From NCBI GenBank assembly GCA_947628565.1, contig CANRAH010000002.1:29525-93524 (forward strand): a stretch of 64,000 bases of DNA, in the 5' to 3' direction. Both the position numbers and the translations under genes were made by a program. Below are positions 26,453 through 36,069 of this stretch, one piece after another. The notes below the pieces were generated by a model that did no database searches, was not told the DNA's origin, and worked only from the letters and a program-made list of their open reading frames with translations. The DNA is from an uncultured Bacilli bacterium (GTDB lineage: Bacteria > Bacillota_I > Bacilli_A > RF39 > UBA660). Numbering within the stretch: position 1 is the stretch's first letter; each line of letters starts with the position of its first letter.

Positions 26453-27658
26453 TTAATTTAGTCTTTTTTTTAATAACAATGATATTATATATATAACTAC
26501 TAATAATACTGCTACTCCAATTACTACAATATATATATGAGCCTTTAAGTATTTAACATAAGATATTTTTAATTCTATATCTAAAATAACATCTTCCTCT
26601 TTTATTAATTCATCTTTATAATAATATCTAACATTCCCTATCTTAGAATTTTTTTTATTTTTATAACTTAACTCGTTTAATCCCTCGTACTCATATCTAA
26701 AATCATCTGGATTATAAATATTTTCTACATATTTAGTTATACTTTCTTTTACTGTAACATTAAAATTTGTAATATTTGAATATTTTATAGGTATACTCAA
26801 AAGTACATCATCCTTTTTATATAAAATTTTAGTTGAATAATTCGATTTTAAATAATTATATACAGTAACACTATCTTCTATATTTAAAGATTTTCCATAT
26901 TTATATGGCGCATTAAGTGTTATTAAAACTAAATCCTTATCGTCAATATTTATAATTGATGACATACACATACCAGCATCGCCTGTATAACCAGTTTTGC
27001 TTCCTAATATAAAAGATAAATCATAATCATAATATCTATTATATTTATTTAAAGTGCTTTCCACTTTAAGTCCGTTAGATAATGTATATGTTTTTTCTTT
27101 ATAAATTTCATTAAATAAATTGTTTTTCAAAGAATATAACAGCAATTTTAATACATCCTGAGCCGTACTATAATGATTTAAATCATCATATCCTGTTACA
27201 TTCACAAAATGTGTATTTTCCATTCCTAAACTTATAGCTTTATCATTCATAAGTTCAACATATTCTTTTTCACTTCCACTAATTAAATACGCAAGTGCAT
27301 ATGCAGCATCAGCGCCTGATGGAAGCATAGTTGCATAAAGCAGATCTCGATATGTAACTTTATCATTTACTTTTAGGCCTGCAATAGAAGCATCATACGG
27401 TACCTCTGATAACATTTTTCTTGTAACTGTAACATATGAATCTAAAGATTCTATTTTTTCAATAGCAACAATAGTAGTCATAATTTTTGTAAGACTAGCT
27501 ATACTAGTTACATTACTAGATTCTTTTTCATATAAAATTTTATTATCCTCTAAATCATATAATAAAACTTTATCAGAATTTAAATCAGGTAAAACAAGTG
27601 CTTTAATTTCAAATGGTATTAAAATGATTATAAATATTAATAAATAAAACTTCTTCAT
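26453..27658 (-). CDS. D-alanyl-D-alanine carboxypeptidase (peptidase S11, low-MW PBP) with C-terminal TM anchor
   Basis: Signal peptide present. SxxK motif ASLTKIMT. C-terminal hydrophobic anchor IYIVVIGVAVLLVVIYII. Confidence 0.8.
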   Translation of the reverse strand: MKKFYLLIFIIILIPFEIKALVLPDLNSDKVLLYDLEDNKILYEKESSNVTSIASLTKIMTTIVAIEKIESLDSYVTVTRKMLSEVPYDASIAGLKVNDKVTYRDLLYATMLPSGADAAYALAYLISGSEKEYVELMNDKAISLGMENTHFVNVTGYDDLNHYSTAQDVLKLLLYSLKNNLFNEIYKEKTYTLSNGLKVESTLNKYNRYYDYDLSFILGSKTGYTGDAGMCMSSIINIDDKDLVLITLNAPYKYGKSLNIEDSVTVYNYLKSNYSTKILYKKDDVLLSIPIKYSNITNFNVTVKESITKYVENIYNPDDFRYEYEGLNELSYKNKKNSKIGNVRYYYKDELIKEEDVILDIELKISYVKYLKAHIYIVVIGVAVLLVVIYIISLLLKKRLN

Positions 27659-27741
27659 AATTATCACTACTTAATTATAACATTTTATAATTAAATTGTA
27701 ACTATATAAATTATTATTATTTTTTAATTTTAGACAAAATT

Positions 27742-27763
27742 AAAAAGAGGTTAGCCTCTTTTT
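27742..27763. terminator. Bidirectional intrinsic terminator
   Basis: AAAAAGAGG-ttag-CCTCTTTTT. Confidence 0.7.
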
Positions 27764-27768
27764 ATCTT

Positions 27769-27912
27769 TTAATATAAACAAGATCCTATTATAATAGCAA
27801 GTAATATATATAATACTATTATTATAACAAATGCATTACTGTATCCACCTCTATTGCCACATCCACAAGTTGTACTTGTTTGTTGTGTATTATTACAAGA
27901 ATTTGTATTCAT
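27769..27912 (-). CDS. Tiny Cys-rich membrane peptide (YjcZ-like), 47 aa, not in the ORF track
   Basis: MNTNSCNNTQQTSTTCGCGNRGGYSNAFVIIIVLYILLAIIIGSCLY. An AGGAGG SD lies 7 nt upstream and overlaps the stop of the preceding peptide gene. Confidence 0.6.
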   Translation of the reverse strand: MNTNSCNNTQQTSTTCGCGNRGGYSNAFVIIIVLYILLAIIIGSCLY

Positions 27913-27923
27913 TCATTCACCTC

Positions 27924-28010
27924 CTAAATATATGCTCCAAGTATGATTATTAAAAGAATAAATAATACTAAAACGATAGCTGCTCCGGATACACCAGAAT
28001 TACAACACAT
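27924..28010 (-). CDS. Tiny Cys-rich membrane peptide (YjcZ-like), 28 aa, not in the ORF track
   Basis: MCCNSGVSGAAIVLVLFILLIIILGAYI, with an AGGAGG SD 9 nt upstream. The FxLIVVLFILLIIxG core is typical of the Firmicutes tiny-TM / YjcZ sporulation peptide family. Confidence 0.6.
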   Translation of the reverse strand: MCCNSGVSGAAIVLVLFILLIIILGAYI

Positions 28011-28161
28011 AAAATCTTTCCTCCTTTTTTATCATTTCACAGTATTTTATGAAATTTTTGTAAATATGTGAGCAATTATATTGAATTTTAAGTTTTAATT
28101 TGTTAAAATATTAAGTGTATGATGAATATACATCGTATTTTATATGAAAGGAGAGGCTATT

Positions 28162-29427
28162 ATGCCAAAAAAAGTTACAGAAAAAAATAGCAAAGGGACT
28201 CCAAAGAAAAAAAAGACAGTTAGCGCTAAAGCAAAAACTAAATCTAATGAATCTTTGAAAAGTCCTAAAAAGGTTGAAACTAAAGTTTCACAAAAAAAGA
28301 CAAGTGAAAAAAATGTTGAAGCCGAAACAATTAAAGTAGTAGAAACTACTAAACCAATAGAAAAAAACAATAAGAAAGGAAAATTTAAACGTTTAATTAA
28401 TGAACTATCTGAAAATACGCCATTTGTAATTACTCTTTGTGCAGTTATAATCTTATTAGCAGCATTAATCTTTACATTATGTACAAAAAGAGTACCTAAA
28501 CTTTCAAATGGTGATGAAATAGTTGCTTCTATCAAAGGTAAAAAAATAACTGCTAATGATTTATATGATGAATTAAAACAAAGCAATGGTACAAACTCAT
28601 TAGTAAATTTAATTGATTCATACATTGCAAATAAGTATGTAGATAAAATTACAGATGATGATAAAGAATATGTAAAACAAGTCGTTGATTACTATAAATC
28701 TTTAGCTGAGTCTTATAATACGGATTTAGCTACATTCTTATCAAATTATGTTGGACTTACTGGAATAGAAACTGATGATGAATTTTATGATTTTGTACTT
28801 GAAGATTATAAAAAGACTTTAGCTGTTCAAAAATATATAAGTGACAATGCTAGTGAAGATGATTTAAAAGATTATTATGAAAAGAATTTCTCAGATTATC
28901 TAACAGTTAAACATATATTAATTGAAGTAGATACTGATGCTGAAGATGCTGATGCAGCAGACAAAGAAGCTTATGATAAAGCTGTTTCATTAATTGATAT
29001 AATAAAAAATACAGATAAAGATGAATTAGATAAAGAGTTTGAAAAATTAGCTGAAGAAAACTCAGATGATACTACTACATATTCAAAAGGTGGTTTAATT
29101 GAAGATTTTACAATTTCTGATGTTGTTTCTGAATTTTATGAAGCTTCAAAAGATTTAAAAGATGGTGAATATACAACTGAACCAGTAAAAACATCATATG
29201 GATATCACATCATATTAAAAGTTAGCTCAAAACCTGTTGAAAAATATAAAGATATAAAAGATAAAGTAAAATCTCAATATGCTCAAAGTTTATTACAAAA
29301 TGATTCTACATTACAAGTAAGCAAATGGGATGAACTTAGAAAATATTATAAATTATCTATTAATGATGATTTTATAAAAGAAAATTATGAAAAAATAATA
29401 AAAGAATCAAGTAAAGGAGAGAATTAG
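28162..29427 (+). CDS. prsA: Parvulin-type peptidyl-prolyl isomerase (PrsA-like foldase) with Lys-rich N-terminus and TM anchor
   Basis: VKHILIE...SYGYHIILKV parvulin core. The start is ATG 28162, after AAAGGAGAGG. Confidence 0.8.
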   Translation: MPKKVTEKNSKGTPKKKKTVSAKAKTKSNESLKSPKKVETKVSQKKTSEKNVEAETIKVVETTKPIEKNNKKGKFKRLINELSENTPFVITLCAVIILLAALIFTLCTKRVPKLSNGDEIVASIKGKKITANDLYDELKQSNGTNSLVNLIDSYIANKYVDKITDDDKEYVKQVVDYYKSLAESYNTDLATFLSNYVGLTGIETDDEFYDFVLEDYKKTLAVQKYISDNASEDDLKDYYEKNFSDYLTVKHILIEVDTDAEDADAADKEAYDKAVSLIDIIKNTDKDELDKEFEKLAEENSDDTTTYSKGGLIEDFTISDVVSEFYEASKDLKDGEYTTEPVKTSYGYHIILKVSSKPVEKYKDIKDKVKSQYAQSLLQNDSTLQVSKWDELRKYYKLSINDDFIKENYEKIIKESSKGEN

Positions 29428-29440
29428 TTCTCTCCTTTTT
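29413..29440. terminator. Perfect palindromic terminator embedded in the 3' ends of convergent prsA and recX
   Basis: AAAGGAGAGAA-ttag-TTCTCTCCTTT forms an 11-bp stem. Both stop codons lie in or beside the 4-nt loop. Confidence 0.75.
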
Positions 29441-30194
29441 CTATTAAATTATTTATATCATCTATGTTAAAACCCTTAATTAATAATTTTTGTCTTAAAA
29501 TGTTTTTCAATTGTTCTCCCTCATATTTATATTTTAATTTATTATTAATTTTATAAAATTCATTCTTTAATATATTATCATCAGATGTTATATATTTGTC
29601 AATTACCTTATTTACAATATCTTTTGGATATCCTAACATAATCATTTCATGTAAAAGTTTTTGTTTTAAAAATTGATTTGAATATTTATGATTAATTTTT
29701 GTTTTTTTAGAAACTATTTTTTCTATTTTATTTATTATAACTTCATCATCAATCTTCGATAATTCATTATCGATCATATCTATTGGAATGTTTTGATTTA
29801 GAAGTTCGACTCTTATTTTATTTATCCCATTTTTACTAAGATATATATTATCATTAATAAATGCTTTAACATATTCTAAATCATTTATTAATTTTAATTC
29901 TTCCAATTTTGATATTATTTTAGTAGTTGTTGATTTATCCAAATTATATTTACTTATAAATTCTAGAATTTCTTTTTTACTTCTCATTTTATTAGAAGCA
30001 AATTTAAATACCTTATTATAAATTTCGAAAAATGCTGTATCTTTAACCAATTTATCATATAAAACTTCGTCTATTTCTTTTTTATATAACAAATTATTTT
30101 CAACTATTACATTATCATACGTAATAAGTTCTATATTATCAAAATAAATTTTATATTTATTTTTACTAACTTTCTGTATTTTTTTTATATTCAT
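29424..30194 (-). CDS. recX: Recombination regulator RecX
   Basis: 256 aa with the Firmicutes long-form RecX repeat architecture (RSKKEILEFI..., LNDLEYVKAFI..., GINKIRVELLNQNI...). Confidence 0.7.
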   Translation of the reverse strand: MNIKKIQKVSKNKYKIYFDNIELITYDNVIVENNLLYKKEIDEVLYDKLVKDTAFFEIYNKVFKFASNKMRSKKEILEFISKYNLDKSTTTKIISKLEELKLINDLEYVKAFINDNIYLSKNGINKIRVELLNQNIPIDMIDNELSKIDDEVIINKIEKIVSKKTKINHKYSNQFLKQKLLHEMIMLGYPKDIVNKVIDKYITSDDNILKNEFYKINNKLKYKYEGEQLKNILRQKLLIKGFNIDDINNLIEKGEN

Positions 30195-30273
30195 AATATC
30201 ACCAAGATAATAATATCACGAACAAATGTTTTTGTCAATATTATTAAAATACTTTTAAAAATTAAAAAAGATA

Positions 30274-32325
30274 TTAATAGTTAATATCTTCCTTATTATT
30301 TTTCATATCAAGGGTTGCCTCATTTACTGCATCATCAATTGTTTTTATAGCATCATTTATTATACTATAACCACTAGCTGCTCCAAATCCATGTGATAAG
30401 CCTTTTAATTCTTTATTTAATTTTCTAAGATATGCGATTATTTGTTTTTCACTGTAACCAACTAAATATATTAAAAATTCATTACCGTCTGTACGTATTA
30501 TATCGCTATTTTGCAATTGATTCATAATAAGAATATTAGCTGCTTCAGTTATAACTTTATCCCCCTCTTCTCTACCATAATTATCATTTATGTATGAAAT
30601 ATTATTTAAATCTATAATAATTATAGTTTGAGGATATATCTCTGATTCATCCCAAGATTCTATTCTACTATTTAAATATGCCCTATTTTTAAGGGAAGTT
30701 AATTGATCTATATATTTAATTTTTTCTTCCTTTGATAAGTGAATTTTTTTATTTTTTCTCAATGCTTTTAGCATATATTTAAAATGGTTAGAAAAATCTA
30801 TTAATATATATAAACATAATATTATTATTATGCAAACTAATATATATGCAATATTAGTATTTTCATATGCAACATCTTCATAATTATTTACAATTAATTC
30901 CTTAACAGGAATATATGATATATAGAAATTAAATAAATCTTCGAAAACTTTATTATCATCTGTATCATTTATAATAAAATTATATTTACCATCGTCATTT
31001 ACTATATAGTTAATTTTACTATTTTTTAGTGATGATGTCTTATAGAAATTATAATTTTCTAAATCCATAACAGCTAAAGAATTATCGTTAAAATCCTTGC
31101 TTAAATCTTCCATATTATTATATAACTTTACTTTAGCGCCTAACTTGATTAAGTAATCTTCTAAGTATGAATCCTTAATTATAGAAACCTGTTTATCTTT
31201 TATAGAATTCATACCATCTATAACATCATCATTCATATTGCCTGATACTATTATTAATTTTTTATTAAAAATTCCGCTTGTTTCATATATAGAATTCAAA
31301 TAATTTTTACTATCTGAAATATTAAGTATAAAATCAACATTATTCGAATTAAAATCTTGAAGTAATTTACTTATACTATTATATTGAGTATAAGATATTG
31401 AAATTCCACTAAATTTGTTAAATTCTTTTAGTATAAGAGAACTTAATCCTGAAATTTTATCTTTGTTTAAATAATTATATATTCCATAATTAACAAAACC
31501 ATATTCATAACTTTTACTCATCAATTTTTTTTGTTCGCCATCGGCAACTTTTTTAAAATTAAAGTAATTATCTAATAAAAGAGAATTATATCTACTATCA
31601 TATTCATTATCTTTAAAATTATTATAATTTTTCTTAAGAATATTATTTAATGTGCTATTACCATTTAAAGTCAATACAAAATATTTATTTAAATCATTAA
31701 ATTGGAAAGATATAGTGTAATCATTTTCAATCATTTCTTTTGTAAATAATACCTTAGAAATTATTATTCCATCTATTTCATTAGTAGCATCAGTAACAAT
31801 GGCATTTTTCAACTGTTCATAAGTATCATAATTAGTAAATGATATATTTTTTCCATTAAAATAATTTTTAAGTAATGTACTATCCTCCGAATATATACCA
31901 AGTTTTAAATTATCAATTTTTTCTAAATTATCATATTCAATATTTTCCTTTGTTATTAAAACCATATTATCTTTTAGAAAAATTAAATCATTTTTAGATG
32001 GAGTATTTTTTATCTCCATTTTATAATCATATTCATTTTCACTATTTTGCATATAAGGTATTACATTAAATTGTAAAGATAATTCCTTACTTACATAATC
32101 TAAATAATCATAAATAATACCTTGGCCATCATAGCTTAAAATTGGTATATTATTAATTAAAACTGTATCTATTACATTCTGCTTATTTGATTCTATCCAT
32201 TGATTCTCTTCTAAGGTTAAAGAATTTTCCCTTGAATCCTTAAAGAAATAAATAACTAAAGCAGATAATATTGCAATTATTATTATAGATATTATTATTA
32301 TAAATTTTTTCTTGCTTTTTTTCAT
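30274..32325 (-). CDS. Membrane sensor protein with a large extracytoplasmic domain and a degenerate GGDEF domain (DGNEF)
   Basis: 683 aa. One TM near the N-terminus, an extracytoplasmic region of about 460 aa, a second TM, then LTSLKNRAYL...IDLNNISYINDNYGREEGD...RTDGNEFLIY. DGNEF is encoded at 30475-30489. Confidence 0.75.
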   Translation of the reverse strand: MKKSKKKFIIIISIIIIAILSALVIYFFKDSRENSLTLEENQWIESNKQNVIDTVLINNIPILSYDGQGIIYDYLDYVSKELSLQFNVIPYMQNSENEYDYKMEIKNTPSKNDLIFLKDNMVLITKENIEYDNLEKIDNLKLGIYSEDSTLLKNYFNGKNISFTNYDTYEQLKNAIVTDATNEIDGIIISKVLFTKEMIENDYTISFQFNDLNKYFVLTLNGNSTLNNILKKNYNNFKDNEYDSRYNSLLLDNYFNFKKVADGEQKKLMSKSYEYGFVNYGIYNYLNKDKISGLSSLILKEFNKFSGISISYTQYNSISKLLQDFNSNNVDFILNISDSKNYLNSIYETSGIFNKKLIIVSGNMNDDVIDGMNSIKDKQVSIIKDSYLEDYLIKLGAKVKLYNNMEDLSKDFNDNSLAVMDLENYNFYKTSSLKNSKINYIVNDDGKYNFIINDTDDNKVFEDLFNFYISYIPVKELIVNNYEDVAYENTNIAYILVCIIIILCLYILIDFSNHFKYMLKALRKNKKIHLSKEEKIKYIDQLTSLKNRAYLNSRIESWDESEIYPQTIIIIDLNNISYINDNYGREEGDKVITEAANILIMNQLQNSDIIRTDGNEFLIYLVGYSEKQIIAYLRKLNKELKGLSHGFGAASGYSIINDAIKTIDDAVNEATLDMKNNKEDINY

Positions 32326-32342
32326 ATTAAAATATCACCTAT

Positions 32343-32777
32343 CTACCATGAAAATCCTTCACTACTTTTAAATTTATAACCTATTTGTGGATATACTTCA
32401 CTATCTTCTTTTTTTGTATCGAAATATATTTCTAAATCATAAAAAGCTAAATTATCTTCTGTAAATGAAGAAATTGTATCGTTGCTAACTTGTTTTACTT
32501 TTTCAAAATCTATATCGTCTGTTATAGTAACAAATAGAACAATCTTCTTTGTTTTATCATTAGTATATATATCAATACTATCTATATTTTCTAATGTATT
32601 TAGTTTTTCTTTCGCACTACTAATTTCTTTTTTTGTTAATTTATGATTTTCAATACCGTCTAATCTATTATTCTCATTTGAATATAATAAATTTTTGCAA
32701 ACCATAACAATTGCAATTAAAATTATAACAACGATTATCATAATTGCAGCAAATTTTATAATTTTTTTCTTTTTCAT
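32343..32777 (-). CDS. Membrane-anchored hypothetical protein
   Basis: 144 aa with an N-terminal TM segment (AAIMIIVVIILIAIVMV). No motif recognised. Confidence 0.5.
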   Translation of the reverse strand: MKKKKIIKFAAIMIIVVIILIAIVMVCKNLLYSNENNRLDGIENHKLTKKEISSAKEKLNTLENIDSIDIYTNDKTKKIVLFVTITDDIDFEKVKQVSNDTISSFTEDNLAFYDLEIYFDTKKEDSEVYPQIGYKFKSSEGFSW

Positions 32778-32805
32778 AATTCACCTCATGACAAACAAGA
32801 AGAAT

Positions 32806-33213
32806 TTATTTTTCTTCTTGTTCTAATTTATTAATTATTTCCTTTGATACTAAAATAGCTTTATCTTTAACCATATTGGCTGATTTCTCTAAAACAGGTG
32901 TGCCTTTTTCTATTACATATTCAACCAAATCCTCAGCTTTGTTTTTAATAGCTTCTGCTTTTTTCTTTGCTATTTTTATAACTTTCTCTTTATCTAATTC
33001 AGATATTTCAACTAATATTTCATCTATTTTTGCTTGAATATTTTCCTTTACTTCTTCAGAATCTAAATTTTTTAATTTTGTAGCTAATTCATTTATTTTT
33101 CTTTTTAACTGCTCTCTATTTTCTTTGCCACTTTTCTTTGTTAAAAGCATACCTAGTCCAGCACCAATACCAGCTCCTAATAAAAATTTACCGAATCCCT
33201 TTTTTTTACTCAT
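32806..33213 (-). CDS. YtxH-like general stress protein
   Basis: MSKKKGFGKFLLGAGIGAGLGMLLTKKSGKENREQL followed by coiled coil. The ATG overlaps the upstream stop by 8 nt. Confidence 0.7.
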   Translation of the reverse strand: MSKKKGFGKFLLGAGIGAGLGMLLTKKSGKENREQLKRKINELATKLKNLDSEEVKENIQAKIDEILVEISELDKEKVIKIAKKKAEAIKNKAEDLVEYVIEKGTPVLEKSANMVKDKAILVSKEIINKLEQEEK

Positions 33214-33493
33214 CTTCATCATTACCTTTCTTTTTTTTAAATAAAGCATTAATAAAAGTTGAAATTCCATTTATTACTTTGTCACTTACTAGTGAAGCAA
33301 AATCCGCTGTTTTATCTATTATATCAAAAATTCCATTAAATTTATCGATTTTAACATTTACATCATTAATTACATCATCAACTTTTCTTAATGTCTTTAT
33401 TAATCTTATTCCTAATATTATCAAAATAATTACTAAAACGATTAAAGATATATATAAAATTGATATCAATAATTCATTTAAAGATATTGTCAT
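33206..33493 (-). CDS. DUF948 (YtxG-like) membrane protein
   Basis: 95 aa with an N-terminal TM segment and then a helical region. It shows ATGA overlap with the upstream gene, and it has the same order as B. subtilis ytxG-ytxH. Confidence 0.6.
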   Translation of the reverse strand: MTISLNELLISILYISLIVLVIILIILGIRLIKTLRKVDDVINDVNVKIDKFNGIFDIIDKTADFASLVSDKVINGISTFINALFKKKKGNDEDE

Positions 33494-34263
33494 TCTTCCT
33501 CATCTCCATCTTTATATAACGTTGAATCTATAAATTCTAATAAATCATCTTCAGCAGTATCCTTTTTTCTATGTTTTTCTATTTTTTTATTATTATCTTT
33601 CTTTATTAAAATTTCATCTAACTCTTTACTTATATCATCCGTTAAATCAGACATTATTTCATCTTTATCATTTTTTTCAGATAAATCTTCTTTTTTCTCG
33701 TCCTCTTTTTTGAATAAAATAGAATTTGATCCAAATAAGGTATTTTCAAGTTCATCCTCCAACGTTCCATAAGCTTTATCTCTTATAGAATCGATAGTTA
33801 TTTCTTCTTTAGACATCTCATTTTTTTTGTTTGTTTTTTTGTTATCAGTTTTTGAAACTATATCTTCCTTATGATAATTTTTATCTAAAATACCATAAAC
33901 AGGAGAAATGATTGGAGTTGGCTTAAATACTTTTTTTTCTACAATTTCCTCTATATTTCTTTTATCCTGATAAACTTCTCTTTTCTCTTCTTTTTTTATT
34001 TCTTCTTTTTCTTCTTTAAAAACTTTATCATCTTCTAATGCTAAATCATTAAAGGCAGTATCATCAAAAAACACTGTTTTATTTTCATCATCATCGGCAT
34101 CATCAAAATGAAATTTTTCTATAGCTGGAGTTTCATATTTTTCTTCTTTTGGTTCATCTATTGATACTTTAGTAACATCTTTAGTTATTTTTTCTACTTT
34201 TACATCATCATCTTCAATAACTTCTTCTGTAAACATATTCTTTATTTTTTCTAACAATCCCAT
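33490..34263 (-). CDS. Highly acidic hypothetical protein
   Basis: 257 aa, rich in Glu/Asp/Lys, with one conserved-looking motif KPTPIISPVYGIL. Confidence 0.45.
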   Translation of the reverse strand: MGLLEKIKNMFTEEVIEDDDVKVEKITKDVTKVSIDEPKEEKYETPAIEKFHFDDADDDENKTVFFDDTAFNDLALEDDKVFKEEKEEIKKEEKREVYQDKRNIEEIVEKKVFKPTPIISPVYGILDKNYHKEDIVSKTDNKKTNKKNEMSKEEITIDSIRDKAYGTLEDELENTLFGSNSILFKKEDEKKEDLSEKNDKDEIMSDLTDDISKELDEILIKKDNNKKIEKHRKKDTAEDDLLEFIDSTLYKDGDEEE

Positions 34264-34281
34264 AAATTCACCTTTTTCTTT

Positions 34282-34893
34282 CTATGATTCATCTTCTTTT
34301 TCTAGAACGAATTTTTCTGTATTATCTTTTGTTACATAATCATCATATTTCCCTGTTTTGTTTACAAAATAATCTTCTTTCAACATTAAGTTTACAATAT
34401 CTCTGTTATACTTAATAGTAGACAATATGTATGAAGCATTTAAAATCGTATCATTTAATTGAGATTTATTAACTATAGCCTCTATCTTCGCATAATTGTA
34501 TACAAATTCAATATAATATAGTCCATCGTTCAAAGTTATATTTAAATATCCAGAATATTTAAAACCATCATCCTCTTTTATTAATTTATAATAATATGAA
34601 TTATTTGCATTTATAGATTCAACATTTGTTTGATAATAATAATTTATAGCATCTATATATAAATAGTAGTACGTTCCATTACAATATAAAATATCATTTA
34701 AATCATCACTATCTATAAATGATACTCCACCTGGAAGATAATACTTATAACCTGGCCCTATTTGATTAAATAATTTATTATCTTTAGTTAATATTACATT
34801 TAATATATTATCTATACTTGTCGTATCTATTCTAACAGCTGAACACCCAGATACAACAAATATTAATAATAAAATCAATATTATCCTTTTCAC
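34282..34893 (-). CDS. Lipoprotein, function unknown
   Basis: Signal peptide with lipobox LIFVVSGC. Confidence 0.65.
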   Translation of the reverse strand: MKRIILILLLIFVVSGCSAVRIDTTSIDNILNVILTKDNKLFNQIGPGYKYYLPGGVSFIDSDDLNDILYCNGTYYYLYIDAINYYYQTNVESINANNSYYYKLIKEDDGFKYSGYLNITLNDGLYYIEFVYNYAKIEAIVNKSQLNDTILNASYILSTIKYNRDIVNLMLKEDYFVNKTGKYDDYVTKDNTEKFVLEKEDES

Positions 34894-34985
34894 ATGACAC
34901 CTTCCACCTATATTATACCAAATAATTATAATTTTTTCTACTATTTATATTTAATAATTATTTTAGATGTAAAGGGCATGCAAAT

Positions 34986-35612
34986 TTATTTTTTTACTTC
35001 TATCTTATATATAGGCATACCCAAACTTTTAAATTTCTTTTCATATTCAGTTTCTACATTATCTATAGGATTGTCTTCACCTAAATTTAAACTAATATCA
35101 TATATTTTATAATTGAAATCTTGAAATGATAAAATTGAATATTCAAATAATTTTCTATTATCAGTTTTCATTATTATAGTTTTTTCTCCCTTAAATAAAT
35201 TATCATATTTTTCTAAAAAATTTCTACTAGTTAGTCTTCTATTTTTATGTCTTTCTTTTGGCCAAGGATCAGAAAAATTTAAATATATTATTTCAATTTC
35301 CTTATAAAATACATCTTCTATAACATTTGCATCCATTCTTATTAATTTTAAGTTAGGTATATCTGTTTTTATTTTTTCTAAAGCTCTTACAATAACACTA
35401 TCGTATTTCTCTATACCTATAAAATTTATATTAGGATTTTGTATTGCCATATTAATTATAAAATCGCCTTTCCCCATACCAATTTCTATACGAATAGGAT
35501 TATCATTATTAAAGACTTTTTTATAATTACCTTTATAATCTTTATAATTTTTTATTATATAATCAGAAGATTCAAGTTTTAAAGATGCACCTTTGACATT
35601 TCTAAGTCTCAT
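34986..35612 (-). CDS. trmB: tRNA (guanine-N7)-methyltransferase
   Basis: EIGMGKGDF SAM motif and FSDPWPKERHKNRRL. The start is at MRLRNVKGA. Confidence 0.85.
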   Translation of the reverse strand: MRLRNVKGASLKLESSDYIIKNYKDYKGNYKKVFNNDNPIRIEIGMGKGDFIINMAIQNPNINFIGIEKYDSVIVRALEKIKTDIPNLKLIRMDANVIEDVFYKEIEIIYLNFSDPWPKERHKNRRLTSRNFLEKYDNLFKGEKTIIMKTDNRKLFEYSILSFQDFNYKIYDISLNLGEDNPIDNVETEYEKKFKSLGMPIYKIEVKK

Positions 35613-35738
35613 TTTATCACCAATATAAGTATAACATAAGGCGAATAACAGATGCAACCTAACTTTAATTTTTATTTATCTTTTTAAATTAATAGAATAT
35701 TTTTCTTTTAAAGCATATAATTTATTGTAGGAGGTCTT

Positions 35739-36002
35739 ATGAAAGATAAAAGAAATTGCGCAAATAATATGAGTTATCCTATATATCCAAATATGGTACC
35801 ACCAATGGGATATCCGGCATATCCTATGGGATATCAAAATATGGGAATATCAAATAATACATTTGAGCAACAATTAAATAATATTGAACAACAATTAAAT
35901 TTATTGGATGAAAGAGTTACAAGATTAGAAAAAATGAACATTGGAAATACATCAAATAATACTTATAATAAGTACAATGATTCTAATTATTACATGGTGT
36001 AA
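35739..36002 (+). CDS. Hypothetical Pro/Tyr/Met-rich protein with C-terminal coiled coil
   Basis: 87 aa with SD GTAGGAGG 5 nt upstream. Sequence includes YPIYPNMVPPMGYPAYPMGYQNMG. Confidence 0.5.
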   Translation: MKDKRNCANNMSYPIYPNMVPPMGYPAYPMGYQNMGISNNTFEQQLNNIEQQLNLLDERVTRLEKMNIGNTSNNTYNKYNDSNYYMV

Positions 36003-36069
36003 AAGAACTTTTGTTCTTTTTTGTATATTATTTTTTTTATATATCATTATAATACTGAAAGGAGAATAT

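Noticed and set aside
28140-28625. Minus-strand 161-aa ORF overlapping the 5' part of prsA.
   Set aside because: It is antisense to the Lys-rich N-terminus of a well-supported PrsA-like gene, its translation is low-complexity, and it has no SD.
35941-36069. N-terminal extension of the ORF containing sspI (track ORF 35941..36279), and the antisense ORF 35952..36275.
   Set aside because: The extension overlaps the end of the upstream gene and its intergenic region and translates to hydrophobic junk. An AAAGGAG SD sits in front of the internal ATG at 36070, which yields a 69-aa protein of SspI length.
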